Notes under the pieces: generated by a model
Databases searched by the model: none
What the model was told of the DNA's origin: nothing
What the model saw: the letters and a program-made list of their open reading frames with translations, nothing else
Shown: piece by piece, positions 1-8,209 of the stretch
Layout of the letters: each line of letters begins with the position of its first letter
Numbering within the stretch: position 1 is the stretch's first letter
Position numbers and translations under genes: made by a program
NCBI GenBank assembly: GCA_038045145.1
Contig: JBBSYQ010000006.1
Span: forward strand, 1-46,057
Direction: 5' to 3'
Length of the DNA stretch: 46,057 nt
Source of the DNA: Nanobdellota archaeon
GTDB lineage: Archaea; Nanobdellota; Nanobdellia; Pacearchaeales; GW2011-AR1

Positions 1-226
1 TTGTTCTTGATTTTTTGTATCTTTCATATTTTTTTACATAAACCATTCTTTCAAATTCAAGGGTGATTCTCTTGGGAAATTTCCTTGTAATTATCCCCTC
101 AAATATTCGTCCTCTCGCTTTTAAGTTGCCGTGTATGTTGCATTTTTTGTCGCCGCAGTTTTCTGTTTTCACAGCTACCGCTGGCACTTTCCCTTCTGCA
201 TTTTTTGTTTTTTTGTTCGCTTTCAT
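1..226 (-). CDS. rps17: 30S ribosomal protein uS17, 3' end cut by window edge
   Basis: Hand translation from ATG at 226: MKANKKTKNAEGKVPAVAVKTENCGDKKCNIHGNLKARGRIFEGIITRKFPKRITLEFERMVYVKKYERYKKSRT... The C-x4-C-x-HG..RG and KYERY motifs are typical of archaeal S17. It follows L29/SUI1 as in archaeal clusters. No stop lies inside the window. Confidence 0.8.
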   Translation of the reverse strand, partial: MKANKKTKNAEGKVPAVAVKTENCGDKKCNIHGNLKARGRIFEGIITRKFPKRITLEFERMVYVKKYERYKKSRT

Positions 227-237
227 TTTGTGTATGT

Positions 238-537
238 TTAATCGCTTATTGATTCTCCGTCAAATCCGATTTCCACGAGGAGGGATTTGATTCTCTTCCT
301 GTGGTCTCCTTGAAGTTCAATCGCGTTGTTTTTGTAAGTTCCGCCGCAGGCAAGCCTGTTTTTCAGCGTCTTTGCGATGTTCCACACATCAATTCCGCTC
401 TCAAACCCCGAGACAATAGTGTTGATTTTCCCGAATTTCTTCTTCTCGGTTGTTATCTTTATTTTTTGTGAACTTTTTATGATTTGTTCACATACACATG
501 CCTGCTTAGGCAGGCCGCACTTTGGACATATTTCCAT
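238..537 (-). CDS. sui1: translation initiation factor aIF1 / SUI1
   Basis: 99 aa with an N-terminal CPKCGLPKQACVC zinc knuckle followed by a SUI1 fold signature (KITTEKKKFGKINTIVSGF...LKNRLACGGTYKNNAIELQGDHR). Its position after L29 is common in archaea. Confidence 0.9.
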   Translation of the reverse strand: MEICPKCGLPKQACVCEQIIKSSQKIKITTEKKKFGKINTIVSGFESGIDVWNIAKTLKNRLACGGTYKNNAIELQGDHRKRIKSLLVEIGFDGESISD

Positions 538-538
538 G

Positions 539-715
539 TTATCTGTTGAGTGTGAGTATCATTGCTATGATTTTTTTTATTTCTCCTGTTCTTGAATTTT
601 TTGATCTTGACGAGTTTACTGACGATTTCACAAGTTCCATTTTAAGTTCTTTAAGTTTTGCTTCCCTTTCCTGCCTGCTCATCTTCATTATTTCCTTTGA
701 TTTTTTTGTCGCCAT
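539..715 (-). CDS. rpl29: 50S ribosomal protein uL29
   Basis: 58-aa ORF missed by the track: MATKKSKEIMKMSRQEREAKLKELKMELVKSSVNSSRSKNSRTGEIKKIIAMILTLNR. The ATG at 715 directly abuts the uS3 stop (716-718). Its TAA (539-541) lies 1 nt before the SUI1 ATG. The pattern is L29-like (EIRKMS..EL...L.ELK.EL...IKK.IA..LT). Confidence 0.8.
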   Translation of the reverse strand: MATKKSKEIMKMSRQEREAKLKELKMELVKSSVNSSRSKNSRTGEIKKIIAMILTLNR

Positions 716-1399
716 TTATTTCTTTCCTGATTTTGATTTTATTTTCTTTTGCGGTTTTGTTTCTTCTTTACTCCTTTCCGTGTTGTTTTTTATTTTTTCC
801 ATGACTCCTTCATCAAGGTATATCTTGTCTTTTAATATCGCATAAGGCGATAGTATTGCAACATTCACGCCGACGGTTCCGGGTTTTGTTTGCGCAATTG
901 CCTGCGCCCTGTCGACGACTTTCGCGCTGTCGCCGACTTTTATCATATAACCCTGTGCAAATCTCCACTGCTTTGCCCTCGCGCTCGGAAGTTTTCCGTT
1001 TAATCTTATTTCCGCCCCCAATGCTCCGGCACTCATTATCTTCTGCAGGGTTCTGTAAGCGATTATTTTAAATTTCAGCGGTCCGATATTTTCCAGCGAC
1101 GATGCAATTTCATCCGCCATTATTTGCGCATCAAATTCCGGATTTTTTATTTCATCGATGTCAACATGTGGATTTTCAAGTTTGAATTTATTTTTTAACA
1201 CGCTGGTTAATTCGGCAATTCTTTCCCCGCCCCTTCCGATTACAAGCCCGGGTTTGTTCGTGGATATGACTATCTTCTCCCCGACTGGAGTGTATTCTAT
1301 TCTGACCTTGCTTATTTTCCCTTTCCCAAGTGAAATTTTTATGTATTCCCTTATTGCGAATTCATCTTTCTTGAATTTTACGATATTTTTTTCTTCCAT
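716..1399 (-). CDS. rps3: 30S ribosomal protein uS3
   Basis: KH domain (KPGLVIGRGGERIAELT) plus the S3 C-terminal domain (GAEIRLNGKLPSARAKQWRFAQGYM). The ATG at 1399 has a GGAG 9 nt upstream, whereas the track start at 1429 is TTG. Lys-rich C-terminal tail. Confidence 0.93.
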   Translation of the reverse strand: MEEKNIVKFKKDEFAIREYIKISLGKGKISKVRIEYTPVGEKIVISTNKPGLVIGRGGERIAELTSVLKNKFKLENPHVDIDEIKNPEFDAQIMADEIASSLENIGPLKFKIIAYRTLQKIMSAGALGAEIRLNGKLPSARAKQWRFAQGYMIKVGDSAKVVDRAQAIAQTKPGTVGVNVAILSPYAILKDKIYLDEGVMEKIKNNTERSKEETKPQKKIKSKSGKK

Positions 1400-1463
1400 T
1401 ATGAAAAACTCCTGTTTTTTATTATGCAAAATATTGTCATTTTTGAAAAATTTTTTTCTTCCA

Positions 1464-2120
1464 TTAAATTTTAACCTTTGATTTTATTTTTTCTTTTCTT
1501 TCCATGGCGACAATTTTAACATGCGTTCTTTTCTTTCTTACTCTCCCGAATTTTCCAAAAGGTCTTGAAGCAATGTTTGAAACAGCTTCGCATATTATAG
1601 TATCATTAAGTCCGTTGACGCTTGAATTTGCCGAGAGTGTTTTTAGCAATTTGATAAAATGCTGCGATGTTTTTTTAGGATATCTTCCCGACATGACATT
1701 TCCCCTTTGATGGGGAATTTCCCCCCTCATCGGAACAACTCTTTTCTTTTTTATCACTTCCTCCAAATCCCTGATTGCATCCTCAATTTTTTTGTTTTTG
1801 ATGAACCTGCATACTGCAATAGCCTGCTTTGTTGAAACGGGAATGGAGTAGGCATTGACAACTGCATTTGTTTTTTTTGATTTCTCATCTTTTTTTGCGA
1901 TTTTTGTTTCTTGTGACGTGAACTTCTTGTTCGCGGAACTTTCTTTTTCTTCAATTTTCTCGTCGGACTTTATGTTTTCTTCTTTGTTTTCCTTTACCTT
2001 TTCTTCAATTTTTTCTTTTGCCTTTTCATCGGATTTTATTTTATCTTTTCTCTGCGCAACTTCATGCTTTTTCGCGGTTTTCATTCCCTTCTGTTCTGGA
2101 TTGTAATTTTTTTCTGTCAT
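1464..2120 (-). CDS. rpl22: 50S ribosomal protein uL22 with ~85-aa Lys/Glu-rich N-terminal extension
   Basis: The C-terminal ~130 aa match the uL22 pattern (VSTKQAIAVCRFIKNKKIEDAIRDLEEVI...VPMRG...HQRG...GRYPKK...). Residues 1-85 are a low-complexity K/E-rich stretch. Confidence 0.9.
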   Translation of the reverse strand: MTEKNYNPEQKGMKTAKKHEVAQRKDKIKSDEKAKEKIEEKVKENKEENIKSDEKIEEKESSANKKFTSQETKIAKKDEKSKKTNAVVNAYSIPVSTKQAIAVCRFIKNKKIEDAIRDLEEVIKKKRVVPMRGEIPHQRGNVMSGRYPKKTSQHFIKLLKTLSANSSVNGLNDTIICEAVSNIASRPFGKFGRVRKKRTHVKIVAMERKEKIKSKVKI

Positions 2121-2121
2121 T

Positions 2122-2463
2122 TTAAATTAAACTAGCTAAATGGGGATATTTAGTTCCATATGTGAAAAAAACTTTTGATGACAACACTCCTTTATCTGTT
2201 ATTGTTATGCATTTCCTGTAAAGATGATAACCTACAAAACAATCTTCTGTATTAGCATGCGGTCTGCAAAAATCAAACCCCTCATCTCCTGTTCCCTTCA
2301 ATCTCTCTCCAATAAAAATTGCAGGCCCGTAATACTCATTATGTTCATTAAACCCATTTATTTGTCCGCTTCCTAAACTAATTATAACAATGTCTCCTTC
2401 TTCAAGTAGTTCCATGTCTTTTTCATTTTCTAATTTTTTTATTTTAATTAAATCTGTTTTCAT
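2122..2463 (-). CDS. hypothetical 113-aa protein inserted between uS19 and uL22
   Basis: Its ATG at 2463 abuts the uS19 stop (2464-2466). Its stop at 2122-2124 lies 1 nt before the uL22 ATG (2120). The sequence is non-repetitive and globular-looking, and I recognise no family. Confidence 0.6.
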   Translation of the reverse strand: MKTDLIKIKKLENEKDMELLEEGDIVIISLGSGQINGFNEHNEYYGPAIFIGERLKGTGDEGFDFCRPHANTEDCFVGYHLYRKCITITDKGVLSSKVFFTYGTKYPHLASLI

Positions 2464-2880
2464 TTATTTCTTGGATTTTGATTTACTTCCTTTTGTCGCG
2501 CCCACTCCCGCCTTTCCGTGTTTTATTCTTCCTCTCGAAGGTGCAAATTCCCCGAATTTATGCCCGAGCATTTCAACTCTTACTTCAACAGGCACGAAAC
2601 TTTTTCCGTTATATACACTGATTTTCATTCCAACCATGTTTGGGACAATGAGAAAATCCCTGTTGTGGGTTTTTATCAATTTGTTCTTCTGTATTTTTGT
2701 CTTCGCTCTGTTGATAAAACTCTCAATTTCCTGAAATTGCCTGAGCAAAAATCTTCTCTGTCGCGACTTTAAATATTTTGCAAACTCACGAGTGTCAAGC
2801 TCTTTCAGCTCTTCAATTGTTTTTCCCCTGAATGTGAATTGTTTTTTCTTTGTTTCTTCAACAGATTTTATTTCAGCCAT
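2464..2880 (-). CDS. rps19: 30S ribosomal protein uS19
   Basis: FTFRGKTIEEL...NRDFLIVPNMVGMKISVYNGKSFVPVEVRVEMLGHKFGEFAPSR is a canonical archaeal S19 core. Confidence 0.95.
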   Translation of the reverse strand: MAEIKSVEETKKKQFTFRGKTIEELKELDTREFAKYLKSRQRRFLLRQFQEIESFINRAKTKIQKNKLIKTHNRDFLIVPNMVGMKISVYNGKSFVPVEVRVEMLGHKFGEFAPSRGRIKHGKAGVGATKGSKSKSKK

Positions 2881-2881
2881 T

Positions 2882-3580
2882 TTATCTTTTTCTCCTTCCT
2901 GTTCTTCTTGGTCTTAGGTGTCCGACTCTTCTTCCCGGCGGAGCATTTCTTTTTGCGATTTTGCTTTTTGGATTTTTGCCTCTTCCCGAGCCGAACGGAT
3001 GGTCAATTGCATTGACTTTAACTGCAGAGGTTCTCGGCCATAATTTACCCCTGGATTTTTTTATAAAATGTTGCTTCCCTGCTTTTACAATAGGTTTATC
3101 CAGTCTTCCCGCGCCTGCAATAATTCCGATAACAGCTCGGCAATTCTGGTTGAATTCTTTTTCTTTTTTCGACGGCATTAGCACAAAAACTTTCTCTCCC
3201 ACAACTTTGTTCACGACGGCGGAACTGCCGGCTGTTTTTATGAAAACTCCGCCGTCTCCTGGGCGTGATTCAACATTATAGATTCTTGTTTTTACAGGAA
3301 TGTCTTTCAATTTCAAAATATTGCCCCCTTTAATTTCTTTTTCAAAATTTATTTTTTGTCCTTCAATCATTCCGCTGAATGCAGGCATGAAAAAAATTCC
3401 GTCGCGGTATTTTATCTTTGCGATTGGCGCGGTGTGCCCTTTTGAGTTTATCAGATTTATAACTTCCCCTTCTCCGTTAAGTTCTCTTGGATATTTCAGC
3501 CTGTAAATGAACGCCCTTCTCCTGACTCTGTATGTCCCGCTTCCCTTCCCTCTTGCCTGTGAAATTATTCTTTTTGCCAT
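2882..3580 (-). CDS. rpl2: 50S ribosomal protein uL2
   Basis: GRRNAPPGRRVGH..., HPFGSGRGK and GDGGVFIKTAGSSA are uL2 hallmarks. Position in the operon fits. Confidence 0.95.
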   Translation of the reverse strand: MAKRIISQARGKGSGTYRVRRRAFIYRLKYPRELNGEGEVINLINSKGHTAPIAKIKYRDGIFFMPAFSGMIEGQKINFEKEIKGGNILKLKDIPVKTRIYNVESRPGDGGVFIKTAGSSAVVNKVVGEKVFVLMPSKKEKEFNQNCRAVIGIIAGAGRLDKPIVKAGKQHFIKKSRGKLWPRTSAVKVNAIDHPFGSGRGKNPKSKIAKRNAPPGRRVGHLRPRRTGRRKR

Positions 3581-3581
3581 T

Positions 3582-3821
3582 TTATATCATTCCCAATTTC
3601 GTCGCCACGTCGATGGCGGGAAATTCTTTTTTTAATTTGACATACGCATATTTTTTGTTTCCTCTGATGAGTGTCCTTACTCTTTCAACTTTAACTTCAA
3701 ATAATTCCTGAATTTCTTTTTTTATTTCTTCGCTTGTTTTTTCTTTTTCAGTTTTAAATGTCAAAACATTTTTGCTCTCTATAAGCATTACCGCTTTCTC
3801 GGTTGTTATTGGTTTTATCAT
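3582..3821 (-). CDS. rpl23: 50S ribosomal protein uL23
   Basis: 79 aa: IKPITTEKAVMLIESKNVLTFKTEKEKTSEEIKKEIQELFEVKVERVRTL... has the uL23 pattern and sits directly upstream of uL2. Confidence 0.9.
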   Translation of the reverse strand: MIKPITTEKAVMLIESKNVLTFKTEKEKTSEEIKKEIQELFEVKVERVRTLIRGNKKYAYVKLKKEFPAIDVATKLGMI

Positions 3822-4483
3822 TTTATCAACACCTCGGGAATTTCATGTTGTGAATATTCAGGAAAAAGATTTTCTCCAAACATCAGTCTGTAAAAACATT
3901 CTGCTGTAAGTTTGCAGTCTTCAAGCGCGTTGTGCGGTTTTCCATCGTGGACAACTTCTCTTCCTTTTAGTTCTATTCTCTCGTCGGGAATTCCGCAGAA
4001 TTTCAAAACATTTGAAAGATTCATGTTGCTTTCATAACTATTTGCATCTTTGCTTTGCTTGATAAAAAATTTATTATAAGTATCAAAATATTTTATTTGT
4101 GCAATTGTATGTGTATCAAATGCCCGATACTGAAATGTGCGTTTAAGGTTATACTTGTCTGCCTTTACCCATAAAAATCCAATGTCAAACTGGGGATTCT
4201 GGCACAAAAAAATTCTGAATTTCCTTTTTTCAATCCATCTAAAAAATATCTCAAGCATTTCTTTCTGTGATTGTTCCTTGGGATTTCTTAATTCGTCCTC
4301 GGTTTTTCCTGTAACTTTCAATGAGTTCTCATTAATTTCATCTTCATCGTCGATTCTTGAATCCTGTAAAAATTCTTCTTTGGTGTTTAAGTCAATTGCA
4401 CCTATCTGCCAGATTCCGCACTTTTCCATGCTCAAACCAGACGTTTCCAAATCAACAACAATCGGCAATAATGTTTTGTTCAT
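3818..4483 (-). CDS. DEDDh-family 3'-5' exonuclease (DnaQ/RNase T-like)
   Basis: Exo I is VVDLETSGL, Exo II is QNPQFDIGFLW and Exo III is HNALEDCKLTAECF (H-x4-D). It has ATGA overlaps with the upstream ORF62 (4480-4483) and the downstream uL23 (3818-3821). Confidence 0.82.
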   Translation of the reverse strand: MNKTLLPIVVDLETSGLSMEKCGIWQIGAIDLNTKEEFLQDSRIDDEDEINENSLKVTGKTEDELRNPKEQSQKEMLEIFFRWIEKRKFRIFLCQNPQFDIGFLWVKADKYNLKRTFQYRAFDTHTIAQIKYFDTYNKFFIKQSKDANSYESNMNLSNVLKFCGIPDERIELKGREVVHDGKPHNALEDCKLTAECFYRLMFGENLFPEYSQHEIPEVLIK

Positions 4484-4668
4484 ATTTCTTCTCCTGCTTG
4501 CATTTCAAGTCCGCTTATGATTGGAGCATAACTCTGGCACATTGTTGCATCTCTTTTATCATACTCATTTCCTGGAATAAATCCTTTGTCACATTTTCTT
4601 CTCGTTTCACATGTGTCTCTATAACTGCATTCTCCTAATTCTCGTTTTTCAGTTCCGTACTTGTTCAT
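4480..4668 (-). CDS. hypothetical 62-aa Cys-containing protein
   Basis: ATGA overlaps at both ends, with uL4 (4665-4668) and the exonuclease (4480-4483). Four Cys residues (C14, C20, C26, C44). Support comes only from translational-coupling geometry. Confidence 0.45.
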   Translation of the reverse strand: MNKYGTEKRELGECSYRDTCETRRKCDKGFIPGNEYDKRDATMCQSYAPIISGLEMQAGEEI

Positions 4669-5462
4669 TTTAATTTCTCCGCGAGATTTTTAATTGCATT
4701 TTCAGTGTAAACAACAAGTCTTCCCAGCCCGCCTTTAGCCAAATCATTCACGCCGAGATTTCCCGCATTTGCAACGTCAAAAATTTTCGTTTTCATTTTT
4801 TCATTTTTTCCTGTTACAATAAGCACTCCCGCGCTTTTTTTGTATCTTCTTCCTCTTGATTTTCCCTTTCCGCTTCTTATTTTTTTGTTTCTCTCTGAAA
4901 TTTCAGACAAGTTGCCGAGAATTTTTTTCACGCTCTCAATAAGTTGTTTTGTTCCTAATTCCGTTATTCCCGATTCAACTATAAACGGCAGCGATTTTAT
5001 TTCAGTATCTTTTAATCGCGCATATTTTTTTCTTATCATCTTCTCGTTTGCCGTCGCGCTTAGCGCAGATTTAAGCGCGGTTTCCATTTCTTTTTTGTTA
5101 ATTCTCTTTTTTTCAAGCATTGAAGAAATTTTCGGCGGATGTGCCCTCATTCCGCCTCTTGCAAAAGGAACTTCTGCCGCTTCCCAGTTAAACTGGCTTC
5201 CTTTTTGCGAAAATATTTTTCTCGGAACTCTTGAACTTCCTCTTCCGTAGCCGCTTCTCCATACATGCCTTGCATGGCTTAGTTTTCCTTTTGCAGAATG
5301 CTGTTTCCCTGCAACGGGAGAAGGCGAATATGGTTGTCTCCTTTTTTTCGTCTCAAGAACTTTTGCAACAATGTCCTCGCGGATTTTCTCTGAGAAAAAT
5401 TTCGGCAACTCAATGCTTCCTTTTTCCTTTCCGTCGATGCCGAAGATTTTTGTCTTTGTCAT
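4665..5462 (-). CDS. rpl4: 50S ribosomal protein uL4
   Basis: GRGSSRVPR, FARGGMRAHPPK and SGKGKSRGRRYK are archaeal L4 (L1e) hallmarks. Position between uL3 and uL23. Confidence 0.95.
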   Translation of the reverse strand: MTKTKIFGIDGKEKGSIELPKFFSEKIREDIVAKVLETKKRRQPYSPSPVAGKQHSAKGKLSHARHVWRSGYGRGSSRVPRKIFSQKGSQFNWEAAEVPFARGGMRAHPPKISSMLEKKRINKKEMETALKSALSATANEKMIRKKYARLKDTEIKSLPFIVESGITELGTKQLIESVKKILGNLSEISERNKKIRSGKGKSRGRRYKKSAGVLIVTGKNEKMKTKIFDVANAGNLGVNDLAKGGLGRLVVYTENAIKNLAEKLK

Positions 5463-5653
5463 ACTTTTACCTCAAGTCTCACCGACTTTAATGAATCATT
5501 TTCTTTAATCATATTTCTTATTTGCGCTTCATATTTACGAACCATTGTCAAAAATAAATCCTGGTTGGTTGACGGCTCTTCTTTGCCTTTTTCATAAAGC
5601 AGGTAACTTATGCCTTCTCTTTTAACCCTTGCGACAAATTCATAGTCTTTCAT
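5459..5653 (-). CDS. hypothetical 64-aa protein between uL3 and uL4
   Basis: ATGA overlaps with the uL3 stop (5650-5653) and the uL4 start (5459-5462). No family recognised. Confidence 0.5.
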   Translation of the reverse strand: MKDYEFVARVKREGISYLLYEKGKEEPSTNQDLFLTMVRKYEAQIRNMIKENDSLKSVRLEVKV

Positions 5654-6594
5654 CTCAACTCCACAAGTTCATAATTTTTCTTTACTTGTCTTCTCGTTTC
5701 CCTCAAAGGTTGGGTTGCAATAAGTTGCCTTTTCGCCGCTCCTTGCACGCTTCCGTTGACAATTATATAATCCGTTTTTATGTTTCCGTAATTTTTTATT
5801 CCCGTTATTTTTCCGTCGGCTTTTTTCACGCCGATTATTTTTCCGTTATAAATTGCTCTTGTGAACATTCCAAGCTGTCCTGCCATCGGCGTTCTGAAAG
5901 TTACTCTTGCAGGATGCCATGGTCCCAAGCTTCCAGGTCTTCTGACACCTTTCTCCGACTTGTGGCTTTTTAGTGTTATCCCGAATCTTTTTACAGGACC
6001 TTGAAGTCCTTTTCCTTTCGTGAGTCCGCGAAGGTCAATTAAATTTCCCTTTGCGAAAACATTTTCCACAGGAATTTCCTTGTTAAAATTTTCTTTGACA
6101 AAATTGAGTTTCTCCTCGACACTTCCTCTTAATCCTATTTCCGCAATGTCGGGAGTTTTTTTTATTCCTGTTTTTTTAACTTGCGAATAAGCAATGACTC
6201 TCACGTCGTCGTAATCTTTGACGTCTTCAATTTTCTTTTTGCTCTTCGGCAGTTTTAATTTTCTCTTCAGTTCCTTGTCAAGATTTTCAGCAATGACTTC
6301 ATTGGCAACTTTTCCGTTTTTGTAAAATCTTGCGGAGAAAATTTTTAACGGCGGGCATTCAAGAAGTGTTACAGGAATTATCGTAGTTCTTCCCTTTGTC
6401 ATCGAATCCGGCGTGTTGTCCTTGACATAAGCTGACTTCATTCCTACTTTGTAGCATATAAATCCCTTCAAACCAATCAAATTAGAATTATTAGGATTAA
6501 TTGCATTCCAGTTCACTCTAGGCAAGAATTTACTGGCTCTTTTCCTCGGCCAGAACTGCAGACTTCCTTTCCTTGGTGTTCTCTTCGTAGGCAT
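5650..6594 (-). CDS. rpl3: 50S ribosomal protein uL3
   Basis: MPTKRTPRKGSLQFWPRKRA is the canonical archaeal L3 N-terminus, found at ATG 6594. The track start at 6702 adds 36 implausible residues. FRTPMAGQLGMF and WHPARV motifs are present. The stop codon is TGA. Confidence 0.95.
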   Translation of the reverse strand: MPTKRTPRKGSLQFWPRKRASKFLPRVNWNAINPNNSNLIGLKGFICYKVGMKSAYVKDNTPDSMTKGRTTIIPVTLLECPPLKIFSARFYKNGKVANEVIAENLDKELKRKLKLPKSKKKIEDVKDYDDVRVIAYSQVKKTGIKKTPDIAEIGLRGSVEEKLNFVKENFNKEIPVENVFAKGNLIDLRGLTKGKGLQGPVKRFGITLKSHKSEKGVRRPGSLGPWHPARVTFRTPMAGQLGMFTRAIYNGKIIGVKKADGKITGIKNYGNIKTDYIIVNGSVQGAAKRQLIATQPLRETRRQVKKNYELVELR

Positions 6595-6730
6595 TTCTAA
6601 ATGATGCGGATAACATTTTATGTTAAGTTCCCTGGAATGAAATATGTAGAAAAAACAGGTTTTTAAAGATTTGCAGAAGAATGTATTGTAACATAAAAAC
6701 ATTTTTAAATTCCATTCCTGAAAAACTATT

Positions 6731-7171
6731 ATGCCTAAAAGGTCAGATGATCCTGAAGAGAAAGCGTATATGCGTGATGTGTATGAACGAAGTGGAAAAA
6801 GTCTTTCAAGAGCGGCAAGAATTTCTCAACTGGAAGGGAGGGGTTTTAGCATACCAACACTTCGTAAGTTATTGAGAGCGGAAGGAGCTTATACCCCTCA
6901 AAGACAAAGATACCCTCTTGGTTTTGATGAGAAGTATTTTAGACAAGTATTTGATGAACGCGGGGGAGATATTACAAGAATGGAGGGTTACAACGACGGC
7001 ATAAGTCCTTCTTTAAAAATTATCTATTTAAGATGCCTCACACTTAATTTGACACCAGTAAATGTGCCAAAAGAACTTCTCAATAAAATTAATGGGAAAG
7101 TTAGAGGAGAGCACAATGATTTTGCGGTGGATCCTAGTACTATTACTGCCGGTTCAAGGCACCATTATTAA
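6731..7171 (+). CDS. hypothetical protein, possible helix-turn-helix
   Basis: 146-aa ORF. GKSLSRAARISQLEGRGFSIPTLRKLL looks like an HTH segment. No family recognised. Confidence 0.45.
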   Translation: MPKRSDDPEEKAYMRDVYERSGKSLSRAARISQLEGRGFSIPTLRKLLRAEGAYTPQRQRYPLGFDEKYFRQVFDERGGDITRMEGYNDGISPSLKIIYLRCLTLNLTPVNVPKELLNKINGKVRGEHNDFAVDPSTITAGSRHHY

Positions 7172-7185
7172 TTTCTAATTTTTCT

Positions 7186-8178
7186 TCACTCCCACGCAGC
7201 ATAATAAATTCCCGTCTGATGTCCGCCGTAATACATAAGCCATTTGTTGTTTATCTTCATCAGCGTCGGGTCGCCTGGAGGATTTGTAGGAAAGAGGTCT
7301 GTTGAATCTGGTGAATTAGTGAAATCAAATTCAGAATCCGAAAAAACATTATTGTTAAAAATAACGTGATAAACCCCCTTATATCCCCAGAAATATAATC
7401 TCATTTCTCCGTCCCAGTTTACAAATTCAGGTCCGTCAAGCCATCCCTTAAACACGCTGTTTCTGCTGTCAACAGCCATGCCCTTTTTTTCAAAAGTCAA
7501 GCCGTCCTGCGAAGTCGCCCACATTAAGATATGAGTTTCGCTGTTCGGCACTTGCTCTGCAGAATACTTTTCATCTATCGCGCCGCCGTACACCATGACA
7601 TATTCGCTTCCGGTGTTTATCACCGTCGGCGCTACTACATTCACGAAATTTAATCCAAGATTATTATTCGCGTCTATTCTCGTTCCAGCTTCATCCTGCC
7701 ATGTCAATCCGTCGGAAGAAATCGCGCTTTTTATGACTCCTGCATTTTGAAAGTACATCCTGTATCTTCCGTCGGAAAGTTTTATCACAGACGGAAATGT
7801 TGAACTTTCCTTTCTTGTTCCAGATTCTATGTTCCATGTTATCCCGTCGGAAGAAACAGAGGAATACACTTGTCCGTTAAATCCTGCAACCTCAGGTTCA
7901 AGAGAGTAATACATTCTGTAATTTCCGTAGCCAATATCAACAACATCTGCGTCAGCGTATGTTCCTGAAATCGCTATTCCTTTATCTATCCATGCAGGAA
8001 CAATCTCTTCATTCCCGCTTTCTTCACCAACACCATTTCCATTTGCCGGTTCGTTTGGATTAACATTATTTTCTCCTGCAGAATTTTCATCTTGAAATTG
8101 TTTCGGAAGGTAAAAAACAAGGAGTAGAAAAACCGCAACTGCAATAATTCCTGCAACAATTATCACATTCTTTTTCAT
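7186..8178 (-). CDS. membrane-anchored/secreted BNR (Asp-box) beta-propeller protein, glycosidase-like
   Basis: N-terminal hydrophobic anchor (IIVAGIIAVAVFLLLVF). Three Asp-boxes are present: SSDGITW, SSDGLTW and SQDGLTF. Confidence 0.6.
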   Translation of the reverse strand: MKKNVIIVAGIIAVAVFLLLVFYLPKQFQDENSAGENNVNPNEPANGNGVGEESGNEEIVPAWIDKGIAISGTYADADVVDIGYGNYRMYYSLEPEVAGFNGQVYSSVSSDGITWNIESGTRKESSTFPSVIKLSDGRYRMYFQNAGVIKSAISSDGLTWQDEAGTRIDANNNLGLNFVNVVAPTVINTGSEYVMVYGGAIDEKYSAEQVPNSETHILMWATSQDGLTFEKKGMAVDSRNSVFKGWLDGPEFVNWDGEMRLYFWGYKGVYHVIFNNNVFSDSEFDFTNSPDSTDLFPTNPPGDPTLMKINNKWLMYYGGHQTGIYYAAWE

Positions 8179-8209
8179 ATCATTATCTGTGAAACATAAT
8201 ATTTAAACT

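Noticed and set aside
63-845. Plus-strand ORFs 63-290, 377-595 and 522-845
   Set aside because: They lie opposite uS17, SUI1 and uL29/uS3. The minus-strand products are recognisable conserved proteins.
1754-2106. ORFs 1754-1954 (-) and 1855-2106 (+) within rpl22
   Set aside because: Alternative frames of the K/E-rich low-complexity extension, with no independent support.
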